The notes under the pieces were generated by a model. That model was given only the letters and a program-made list of their open reading frames with translations. It was not told where the DNA came from and searched no databases. From the NCBI GenBank assembly GCA_043228905.1, contig JBHGNT010000016.1:10602001-10666000 (forward strand): 64,000 nucleotides of DNA, in the 5' to 3' direction. The position numbers and the translations under genes are program-made. The stretch comes from Azolla caroliniana (Eukaryota > Plantae > Polypodiophyta). Positions 24,908-35,656 of this stretch are shown in pieces (the first letter of the stretch is position 1; each line of letters starts with the position of its first letter).

Positions 24908-26036
24908 CTTCGTCTCCTTCAATGACGACTACAGCCGGCATACGTGGATCTACCTCATTGAACAGAAGAGCAAGTCTTTGAATGTTTCCGGAACTTACAA
25001 AGCTTAGTTGAATGGCAAAATGGAGAGGAAGGTCAAGTGCTTGCGGTCAGATGGCAGAAAAGAATACTTTTCCGGCCAATTCAATAGTTATCTGCAGCAG
25101 AACGGAATTCGGAGAGAGTTCAACTGTAGATACACGCTGGAGCAAAACAGTGTGGCTGAAAGGAAGAACCGATCGATTGTCGATGCGGCAAGGTCAATGT
25201 TGGAAGAGAAGAGAATGCCCCATTTCTATTGGGTTGAGGCGGTCCGAACGGCCATCTACATCCAAAACCGGATCAGAGACAAGGTGTCAGCACATGAGCT
25301 GTATTTCGGGCGAAAACCGAATTTGAGACACCGTCGGATATTCGGTAACATAGCATATGTGCATGTATCAGATGAGAAGCGGAGGAAGTTGGATCTGAAG
25401 TTAGAGAAGTGCATCCTAGTCGGCTACTCGCATGAGAAGAAGGGGTATAAGTGTTAGAACCCCCAGACTAAGTAGGTCCCAGTAAGCCAAGATGTCAAGG
25501 TTGATGAGACGGCATCATGGTACTCCCTACCGGCTCCAACTTCCGACGAAGACCCGATTCCGGAAGATGAGGCTAGTGAGCCCGAGGAGGTTCAAGCAGA
25601 AGATGAAGAACTTGTCACTCTAGAAGAGAGTCTGATCTCATTCCGGCTAAGTGGACCTAATAAGTGCCTGAGTTGGGATGACCAATCGAATGAGGAATCA
25701 GAGTAGTTGAGACTCTGTCATGCTCTCCCCGCGCAAGGAACCGAGGAGACAGTTCATGCGCAAAGAGAAGGGGAAGAAGAAGATGCCATAATACAAAACC
25801 GGAAATGTTGACTCGGATCGGAGTGAATCCAACTTCGGAAAGAAAGAAGGTGGATCTTCAGAAAGGAAGCCCGAATCGGCCAAGAAGGGCCTCAAACTGG
25901 GTAACGACAAGTTACGCCGGTCATCTCGCCAGAAGAACCCCGTTATGTGGTACAGGTACAATGAGTACATGGCGCATCACTATGCGTACATGACCAAAGT
26001 GGCGGAAGTGCGTGAGCTGGAGAGCTACGCAGACGC

Positions 26037-26114
26037 TGTCGCGAAGATTCGCGCGTGCGTGTGCTACTCTTCGTCTCACTCGGTTTCACACCGTAGCCGA
26101 AAATCGTCACGACA
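26037..26114. mobile_element. 78-bp miniature LTR-like insertion, 4-bp TSD ACGC
   Basis: TGTCGCG...CACGACA flanked by ACGC on both sides. Interrupts the ESYADAAKDA codons of element B. Confidence 0.9.
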
Positions 26115-28573
26115 ACGCGGCAAAGGATGCAAATTGGCGTGCCGCTATGGAGGAAGGAATGTGGGCACTCAATGCCAATGACACATGGGACCTCGTTGAC
26201 CCTCCTCGACACCGTAAACCGATCGGTTGCAAATGGGTGTACAACGTAAAGTACAATGCCGATGGTTCAATTAACCAGTAAAGGGCACGGTTAGTGGCGA
26301 AAGGATACGCACAGACCCACAGAATCGACTACAACGAGACCTTCGCTCCGGTAGCGAAGATGACGACGGTTCGTGTGGTACTGGCGGTTGCTTGCTACAA
26401 GGGGTTAACATCTTCACCAGATGGACGTGAAGAATGCGTTTCTTCAAGGTGACCTTGAAGAACGGGTCTATATGATCCAACCTCCCGATTTTCAGTCGGA
26501 GATGAACAAGTGGGTTGTGCGGCTTAAGAAGTCGCTTTATGGTCTGAAACAAGCCCCCTGAGCTTGGAATGCAAAGATCACACACCGGTTGCATAAGATG
26601 GGGTTTGTGACCTCTAAATTTGACTCCTCATTGTTCATCCGGCAAGGTCCGGACGGTCCGGTTTGCATCCTACTTTATGTTGATGATTTAGTCATCACCA
26701 GACCCGGACTCAATGAAATCGGCCGAGTAAAGTCCTAGTTGTCGGACGCATTTGAAATGAAGGACCTGGGGGACCTTCATTATTTTCTTGGGATCGAGGT
26801 GATCCGAACCTCCGACGGCATATTGCTCTCACAACGACACTATGTGTTGAATATGTTGTACAAGTTCGGCATGACGGAATGCCGACTTGTCTCTACACCC
26901 CTAGACCAGAACTAGAAGCTTTGTCCCAACTCCGGACCAGCATGCGATGAGAAACGACCTCGTATACCTGACAATCACTCGATCCGACCTTAGTTACCCG
27001 GTCGGAGTGATCAGCCTGTTCATGCATAAGCCGACCGTCGAGCACCTTCAGTGCGCACACCGGATACTCCGGTATATTAGCGGCACGAAGGATCGGGGAC
27101 TGTTATACCAACACGGTATAGCTAGAAAGTTAGTCGGATATACCGATGCCGACTGGGTTGGTGATGCATTGGATCACCGATCCACCTCTGGTGACATGTT
27201 TTCTCTAGATAGCGTGGTTGTTGTGTGGAGCAGCAAAAATCAGCCAACAACGGCTCTGTCGAGCATTGAGGCTGAGTACCGGGGCGCTACCAATGCCACC
27301 TGTGAAGCCATCTAGCTTCGAGGACTACTGTGGGACCTCCGGATCGAGGTACCAACCCCGATCCTGATCTACTGTGACAACATGAGCAACATTCAGCTTA
27401 CCAAGAACCTTGTGTTCCATGCTCGGACAAAGCACATAGAAGTCCATTATCACTTCGTGCGTGATCGGGTTTTGAGCGGTGAAGTTGAACTTTGGTATGT
27501 TCAGACGAATCGGCAAGTTGCCGACATCTTCACCAAACCACTCGGATCGGACAAGTTGCAACATTTCACCGAAATGCTTGGTGTTCACCATCTTGACGTG
27601 CCGCACTTGAGCCGGAGAGGAAGAAATAACCAACAAAGGGGGAGACAAGAGGAACAAGGAAGCCGAGTCGACGAAGGAAGTTGGCACATCCGAACAAGTC
27701 AGAATGAGCGGCAGCGGCGGTAGAGTCAAGAAGGACAAAGCCGACCGGAATGAGAAGGCCAAGACCCGGACATGGTCTGATGTGGTGAAGGGCATGAAAC
27801 CGGAAGACGAGTTGGAGAACACCGACTCGGACAAGAGCGGGAACGAATCGGAGACAACCGATTCGCTTCAACAGTTCGATTCAAAGGAGCCGGATCAACT
27901 AAAGGCCAAGCGGACATGGACGCAGCGGAAGTCGACGCCAACATGGAGGAACCGACAGGTCGACAAGCGCCGGAGTCGCAACAGCAAGGGAGCTGAAATG
28001 AGCCTATTGAGCAGACAAGCCGACCAAGGAGGTCGAGGTGCGCAGAACTAGAAGGGTCGCGGAAAACGGGACTGGACCGGACGAGGAGTGCGAGCAAGGC
28101 GGAGCGACACCAAAAGGAGCTGAGTAGAAGAGTCGGCTGCCACGGACTCTAACACCACGATCCGACCTCAAGTTGAGCTTGAGGGGGAGTGTTGAGCAAG
28201 CAAGCTCAACCAGATCCGGATCGGTTGAAGAAGCCTCAGCCGGATCGGGGAGACGGATTCGAGCGAGAACCGGAAGCCTAGTAGTAGCCTAGACTACTAG
28301 GTAATCATTGTCTCGTAGTTAGTGTCAGTCGCACGTAGGAATATTGAAGTACCTGTCAGTACTTTATGGACTTGTATAAATAGTGTTGTTTAGCACGTTG
28401 TATGTACATAGAGTTTTCAGCGTGATATTTCGAAGTGAGTTTATGTTCTGCTCTCTCTCTCTCCCACGCGTATTCTCTGTGTATTAAGCTTCTCCATTAA
28501 ACCTTCATCTTATTCTCTGTTGCTATCTGGCTGAGCCAAGTCTGTCTAACGCTTCTGTACGTTTACATTCACA

Positions 28574-30610
28574 CAATGCTTCTACTAACATCGGGGGCAG
28601 ACTGAACTCTACTCTAATAATGTCATGTGTTATTTGTCGATTTGCTTCGGAGTTGACGTGATAACATCGTCACCAAAGGTCTCTCTAATTGCGTCCACAT
28701 GAAAGATGGTAGACCTGGAGCCCATACTACTGATGCATACATGAGGGAAGGGGTTGGTAATGAGTCGAAGAGCCATCCCTTAGTCCGTGGCTCTTGAAAG
28801 TATGTCTGGTGACATTGTCTCTCTAAGAGTGAGAGGGATGCATACCCTCTCATTAGCCTATCTTTGGCTGCCTGGGTCATCGGCAATTTACCTGAGCGAG
28901 CACTAAAAGTGACTCCCAAGTATACATATGATCCAACTACCTCAACTAGTTTATGAGAGAGGATTAGGTGACATTTACTCCTAACTCGGAATGATGTATG
29001 AAAGATAAGGACTTTAGTTTTTGCTAGATTCACTACCACTCCTCGTTGTGTACAAAAGTCATCTAGGGCATTAAGATGCTTTTGTAGGTCGTGTTCTGAC
29101 TCCGAGAGCAAGACAATGTCGTCTGTGTAGAGTAAGAGACTAACTTGCGTATCCCCAATAGCTACTCCCTTGCCTCCCTTACGAGCAATAAAATCAGTGA
29201 TCTCATCAATGTAGATCCCAAAAAGAGTCGGTGATAGGGGGCAACCTTGTTTTACACCAATGGTGCTAGTGAAACAATCGGATAGGCCACCTGGGCATCT
29301 TACGTACCCAGAGACTTGCTCATATAGAGCATAAATGGCCCAGATCATGTCATTTGGTATCACCAAGCTCTTAAGTCTATCAAACAACTTCTCCCTAGGA
29401 ACTATGTCAAAGGCTTTGCGGAAGTCCACAAAGCAACAATATAGTTTCTTCTTACGAGCCTTCGTCTGGTCAGTTCAGCACCTAAGTGTGAAGATATGGT
29501 CAATAGTAGAGAAGGCTCGTCTAAAGCCAGCCTGCTCAGGTCCTCGAAGACTTAATGTTTCCATATAATCGCTAAGCTCCGCTTCCATTACCGCACCATA
29601 TAATTTAGCGAGTGTATGGCCTATCATAATGGTTCTATATGTATTTGGGTCCATTGAGTCCCCTTCTTTATGTATAGGGGCCACTGTGTTCATGGTCCAT
29701 TGTGGTGGAAAACCCTCAGCGAGGGCGCGGTTAAAGATTAGAGTGAGAAAGGGGGCTAGGCACTCTCGAGCATATATGATGTGCTCGGCTTGCAATCCTG
29801 TGTGGTCCATGGATTTCCTATGTTGTAATTTTTTTATGGCCTTCGTGACCCTAGAGGTCGTGAAAAGTGTCCCCATGTTAGGTCGGGGTGTGGAAGGCAT
29901 TGGGAGGGGTGGTTGGTTTGGGACATGGTAGAGTCTCTCGATATATGTGTGCCAAATATTGGGATCCTTGATGGGTGCTTGTGGTCGCGGTTCCCGTAGT
30001 CTCTTCCATGTAAGGGCACAATCCCTACTCATGAGCATATGGTAGAGTTCCAAATATTGGGATACGTCCCAAGCTCGTCTTTTACGACGTGTCATCTTGC
30101 GCATCTCTTTTCGAGCCTGTACTGAGGAAATAGTACCACTAAGTCGTGACACTTTAAGTTGTCTATACAACTCTTTACAATCCTCGTCATACCACTTGTT
30201 TTGTGGCATAGACCCTATTCTACTATGATTGGAGTGTTTCGTGGATAGGAAGCTACTAATTGTTGCCGAGTGAAGGGTGTGTGCGAGTTCTGTAGTGAGG
30301 TTCTCTAAAGGCAAGGAAGAATTAAAAGAGGAGAGATGGGCTTGAACATATCTAGAGTAGGTGTTAGGGAGCTCAAGCGTGAAATGTATTATGTTGTGAT
30401 GGTTTGGTTGACTAGAGTTGATGGCGTGGGAGGTGTCGCATTTTAGCTCAAAGTATAGGAAGCTATGGTCTACACCAATGGGGCATGGGGCCACCCGTAA
30501 TTCAAGGCGTCCTATTAGGTAATCAACTGTGCTTTCCCCTCCTCCATGTGGGAAACATGTGAGCACTTCCGAGCCCGACCACTTGGCTAAGACATTATAT
30601 ATGATCATCT
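28574..30610 (-). mobile_element. LINE 2 (RTE-X-like), 5'-truncated APE end and RT
   Basis: ORFs 29475..30608 (STVDY, DHS, TYRTIM, QAGFR) and 28623..29429 (DFRKAFD, GVKQGCPLSPTLF, LLYTDDIV). Confidence 0.92.
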
Positions 30611-30682
30611 GGAGAGAGAGAGAGAGAGAGGGAGGGAGAGCAGGTACGAACGTAGGGAATCAACGAGTAGAAGGGGGAAGGA

Positions 30683-30772
<90 letters not shown>

Positions 30773-30860
30773 AGGTATGAACCTAGGGAATCATCGAGTA
30801 GAAGGGGGAAGGAGAGTGTGTGTGTGTGTGTGTGTGTGTGTGGGAGAGAGACTGACTGAC
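30611..30860. repeat. (GA)n/(GT)n microsatellites in a two-copy tandem unit
   Basis: AGGTA(C/T)GAAC.TAGGGAATCA.CGAGTAGAAGGGGGAAGG followed by (GT)n, twice. Confidence 0.85.
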
Positions 30861-32708
30861 TATCTTCATGATTGATTGACTACTTGAGATCTTGTACAGT
30901 TAAGATCCCCGTACAACATTACCTAGGATTGTGGACCGACAACCTCAAATTTCCTGATGGTCCGACTACAAGAGGGACACTTGGACACAGACATAATAGT
31001 GGGAGGATGTGCAATGTTTTTTCATATTTGAAATCCATTTTCATTGAATGTGACTTTCAATTTTAACACAAGTCATGATCAACTTTTTAAACAACAATAT
31101 TGAATTATTTTTACATTTTTAAGTTTTTCCTCCTCATCGAATTAGTACAAAAATTTTGGCCAAAAGTTGGTACATTGTAGCGCGTTTTAACCCTTAGGCA
31201 TCCACTATTTTGGAAGACAAGACGTTGTCGGTTTTCTGCTACGTTTTGTGCTAGTTTGGAGCGATAGGTGTAAGTCCTCTGCTCGCGTAGGAAGACCATG
31301 TGCTCCCGACCAGAGGCTCACTAGTCGTATGCGCTCATTCGAATGCTCGTCGCTGAATCTTTGATCTGTTTGCGGGTTCATTCAGCCCTCGATCGTTTCC
31401 TCTCTAGACAGTATCCTCTCTTAGTGCTACATCTTCAGTTTATTGGCATTCTGATTCTTTTGACTTTACCTTTTTAGCTCGTCTAATCGGGTCAATCTTC
31501 GACTTTCCTTCTACTATTTTTTCGGTTCTCTTCTGTTCGGTTGCTTGTCGTAGTCCAATCATTATCCTTAGTGCTATGGAGCATTGATCTGGGAGTGGCT
31601 TCATCAGGCAATCGGCGATGTTCACCTCAGTGTCGATCTTCCGAACTTCGAGCTTCTTCTCTATTACGAGCTCTCGGATATGATGAAACCGTAGCTCAAT
31701 GTGTTTCGTCTTGGCATGATAGACTAGATTTTGGATGAGGTGTATTGTGCTCTTAGAGTCGTAGTCGATGGTCGGCGTTCGATGGTCGATTCGCCTTGTC
31801 GACGAGAAGTCGGTTGATAGTTGGTGCATCTCAATGGCTTCCTTCACGGACTCCAATGCTGCTATGTACTCAGCCTTTGTGGTAGACAGGGTCGTGCAAT
31901 CTTGAAGCTTAGACCTCCATGATATGGTGCGGCCACCATAGGTGAAGAGATAGTCTAATGTCGACATCCAATTATCCGTATTTTTGGCATAGTCTTCAAC
32001 TTTGGTCGCATTTGCTGATCCGAAAGTCAGTTGTACAACTTCGGTTTCTCTTAGATACCTAAATATGTGCTTGACAACCTCCCAATGCTTTGGTTCTAGG
32101 TTTGACATATACCTGCTAATGAACCCTACGACATATGCAAGGTCAAGTTAGGTCGCGACCATAGCATTCATGATACTTCCTACGGCTGATGCATAGGGTA
32201 TCTTTCCATTGAGCTTTCTCTCCTCATCAATTGAAGGAGAGTCTTTGTCCAATAGTCAGAATGACGTTGGAATCGGTGTTGGTGTTGGCTTTACATTCTC
32301 CATATTGAAGCGCCTCCGCGCCTTTTGGATGTAGTCAAATTGGGAGAACTGGAGGGTCTTTGCTATCCGATTTCGCTTTATCCGCATGCCTAGTATGTGT
32401 CGGGCTTGTTTGAGTTCCTTCATCGGGAATTTATCGTGAAGGCTTTGCTTTAACTTTCCGATTTCTTCTCGATCGTTGCCGGCGATGAGCATGTCATCGA
32501 CATATAGTATCAGATAGATCTAGGATTCGTTAGCCAATTGCTAAATATACATACATGGGCCGGAGTCGAACCGGCGGTAGCCAAGCTACAAAATGTAGGT
32601 ATCGAACTTCTAATACCACATTCTTGGCACTTGTTTTAAGCCATAAATGCTTTTCTTTAGTCGACATACGAGGTGTCCTTCCTCCCCCATTATTGTGAAG
32701 CGTGTCGG

Positions 32709-34231
32709 TGTCGTGTGAATCTTCACACACTATGTAAAAAAATAATGAAATAATTATTATAGATTAGATTAGTAGCTTACTATAGAAAGATGGATATACT
32801 CAAGAGCTTCAAAATGTATTTTACTATATACAAAATGGAGAAATACATATCAAGTTATGTTAAAATAAAGTTTGAGCAGATAGGGAAATTAGAACTATCC
32901 CACATAGATAGGAAAGTTAAGGCCCTGGCTATATAAGCACCTTGAGCTCCCTCATTTTTCATTTGTGCTAAGAGTACTTTGGCCACTTTGTCTTGATGGA
33001 TGATGGTGGCCAAATTCCCTAAAACCAGAAATCGGCAGGTAAGCAAATCCGGAAAACGGTTTCGGTAAGCAAATCCGGAAATTGGCCGGTATGCAAACCG
33101 GAAATAGACTGGTAAGCAAAATTGGAACTGGAACCGGCAAGCAAACTGGAATCGGAAACCGGCCGGTATGCAAATCGGAAACTGGCCAGTAAGCAAAACC
33201 GGAACCGGAACCGGTATGCAAACCGGAAACCGGTCGGTAAGCAAAACTGGAATTGAAACCGGCCGGCAAGCAAAACCGGAACTGGTATGCAAACCAGAAA
33301 CCGGCCGGTAAGCAAAACCGAAACCGAAACCGGCAAGCAAACCGAAACCGGAACCAGTATGCAAACCGGAAACCGGCCGGTAAGCAAAACTGGAAACCGG
33401 TCGGTAAGCAAAACCGGAACCGGAATCGGTAAGCAAAATCGGAACCGGAACCGGCGAGCAAACCGGAACCGGAACCGGCCGGCAAACAAAATGGAACCGG
33501 CTACCGGACGAGGTTGGACGCGGAGGGACGAAAGATTGGATCATGCAACAAACTAAAGTAAAGTGAAGAGAACTAAAGTAAAGGCCATGTGGACGCAAGC
33601 AACTAAAGTTGGAGTGCATGCAAAAAGTAAAGGTCATGTGGACGGTCACATGCAACTAAAAGAAAAAGCCATGCAACTAAAAATAGATGCAACTAAAAGA
33701 AAAAGTTAGGCAACTAAAAGTAGAGGCCATGCAACAAAAAGTGGAAAGGCTATGATCAAGGGAGAACTCAATATATATTCCATTTTTTTTCTTACACTCA
33801 TGCTCTCTCCATATTATATTTCTTTTTCTTTTCCTTCTCAACTCCCTTATCTTAGGGAAGCCATATCTCTCAAGTAAACCCTAATTTCCTTACGGAAGCC
33901 ATATCTTACTCATAACCCTAAATTTCCATACGGAAGCTATTCAATTCATAAAACCATAATCTCTTATCAAAGCCAAAAACGCTAATTTTCTATAGAATTC
34001 ATATCTTAATTTCCTCTAATCTATTACTCTAGCCATCTCCATTAGCACACTTTTTGTAATCCCAATCTTGGGATTAATTGTAATCTTTCTTTCTACTTGT
34101 TAATGAAATTTGTTAATCTTTCTCATTTCGGTTAATTCTTAGTACATAAATACACGAATTTGATATCCTCTAGTCAAAGGCCCCTAGGTCTTGCCTCAAC
34201 GTTCACGTATCCTCGTCGTATTTCCGCGACA
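32709..34231 (+). mobile_element. Solo LTR, 1523 bp, 4-bp TSD TCGG/CCGG
   Basis: TGTCGTGTG...CGCGACA. Start resembles the LTR at 35657 (TGTCGT..TG.AT..CACACACTA). Removal restores the RT frame (YMSQPARFTIMGEEGHLVCRL). Confidence 0.9.
33030..33505. repeat. CCGG-rich minisatellite within the solo LTR
   Basis: Modules GCAAA(A)CCGGAAACCGGCCGGTA(A/T) and (GGAACC)n are iterated. Confidence 0.92.
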
Positions 34232-35656
34232 CCGGTTGAGACATATAGATGTCTTCTTCCAAATCTCCATGTAGGAATGTCGTCTTGACGTCAAGCTGCT
34301 CAAGCTCTAGGTCTTTAGACGCCATGACCCGAAGTAGGAGTCAAAGGGTGGTCATCTTGACTATTGGTGAGAATATTTCATCATAGTCAACCCTGTGTTC
34401 TTGTTTGAATCCCTTGATGACAAGTCAAGCTTTTTATTTGGGCTTCTCAAAATCAGATACATATTTGTATCTGAAGATCCATTTGCAGGGCAACAACTTC
34501 CTTCCACTTGGTAATTCAACCAACTCCCCTGTTTGATTCTGATGAATTGAACCCATCTCGAATTTCATGGCTTGTAGCCATGTGCTAGCTTCTGGCATGG
34601 CTATAGCTTCTTCGTAGGAGCTTGGTTCGCCTACATTCGTGTAGTTGACATAGTCGAGGCCTAGTTGATAGAACTTTGTTGGCCTTCGACTCGTCAGGAC
34701 CTCCTCGGTGCTGAGTTGATTGGTTCGAATCCATAGATCGGCTCTGTTGGCTTATCGGTATTACTTGAACCTTCTTAAGGATTTCTTTTGGATGACTCGA
34801 CCCTACAATAGGATTTCTGTGATGTTGAATCATCCTCCCCTTCTTCAGGATGGATTGACAGACTGGCTAGTGCCTTGGTCAGTTTTGTTCAACATTTCAG
34901 TACTTTGGCATGTTTGGGTGATAATCAGTCGCGCGGTGAGATGTGACAACCGCCTCTTTGAGCGACGTTCGGAACGACAGCTACAGATGCCGAGGACAAG
35001 ATTAGAGCCCACCTACGCCTCAGTGGTAGCAAGACCTTTTCCGAGGGAGTCATATAATGCACCTCCAGCGAATACTCCGACTCCGATGGAGATTGACACT
35101 ACATGTCGTCGAGGGCCATTATCCGAAGAAGAAAAGCAGCGACGCCGTACAAATCGACTATGTCTTTATTGCGGTGGACCAGGACATATTGCAATAAATT
35201 GCCCCCATAGGCCAAGAAGACAGGTAAACCAAATAGTCACTAGTTCTAATTGTACTAAATCTGAGCCTATTTCAGTAGGGATATCTGATAGTCCTAATAG
35301 TACTAATAGTACTGATATCCCAGATCTAGCAAACAAATTTGATGTCCTTAGTCAGTTAGAAGAAGAGTTAAACGACTAAGTCCAGCCAAAATAGGAGCCG
35401 TTTGGTTGGACAACCCTACATCTGTGCAGCCCATTAGTGGTTCCATTCCCTCTAAGCAAGTTAGTGATGTGTTCGTAGCCCAAGTAATAGTTAGTACTAA
35501 AAGTACCCCTCCAGTACATGTCCTAGCACTCCTAGATTCCGGAGCTAACTCTTGCTTTATGGATAAGAAATTTGCTCAAGCTCATAAGATATCCCTAAGA
35601 AAACTCCAGTGTCTAGCCTCTGTAGTAGTCATTGATGGACGTCCCATTGCTTCCGG

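Larger units (their letters stand above)
17422..28573 (+). mobile_element. Full-length degraded Ty1/copia, family B (LTRs 17422-17928 and 28190-28573), TSD CAGTG/CAATG
   Basis: TG..CA LTRs, PBS TGGTATCAAAGC at 17929-17940, PPT at 28181-28189. Gag/PR (17961-19656) and INT/RT/RH (24913-28189) fragments. Contains nested insertions. Confidence 0.95.
31440..34915 (-). pseudogene. Old Tork/Tnt1-like copia RT-RNase H remnant, interrupted by a solo LTR
   Basis: HGDLEEDIYMSQP, LKKSIYGLKQ, ILYVDDMLIAG, PYASAVGSIM, ISWRSKLQ, HAKTKHIELRFH. Many stops. Confidence 0.88.

Noticed and set aside
32855-33655. Long ORFs in several frames (FRFRF/PVPV repeats)
   Set aside because: By-product of a stop-poor minisatellite inside a solo LTR.
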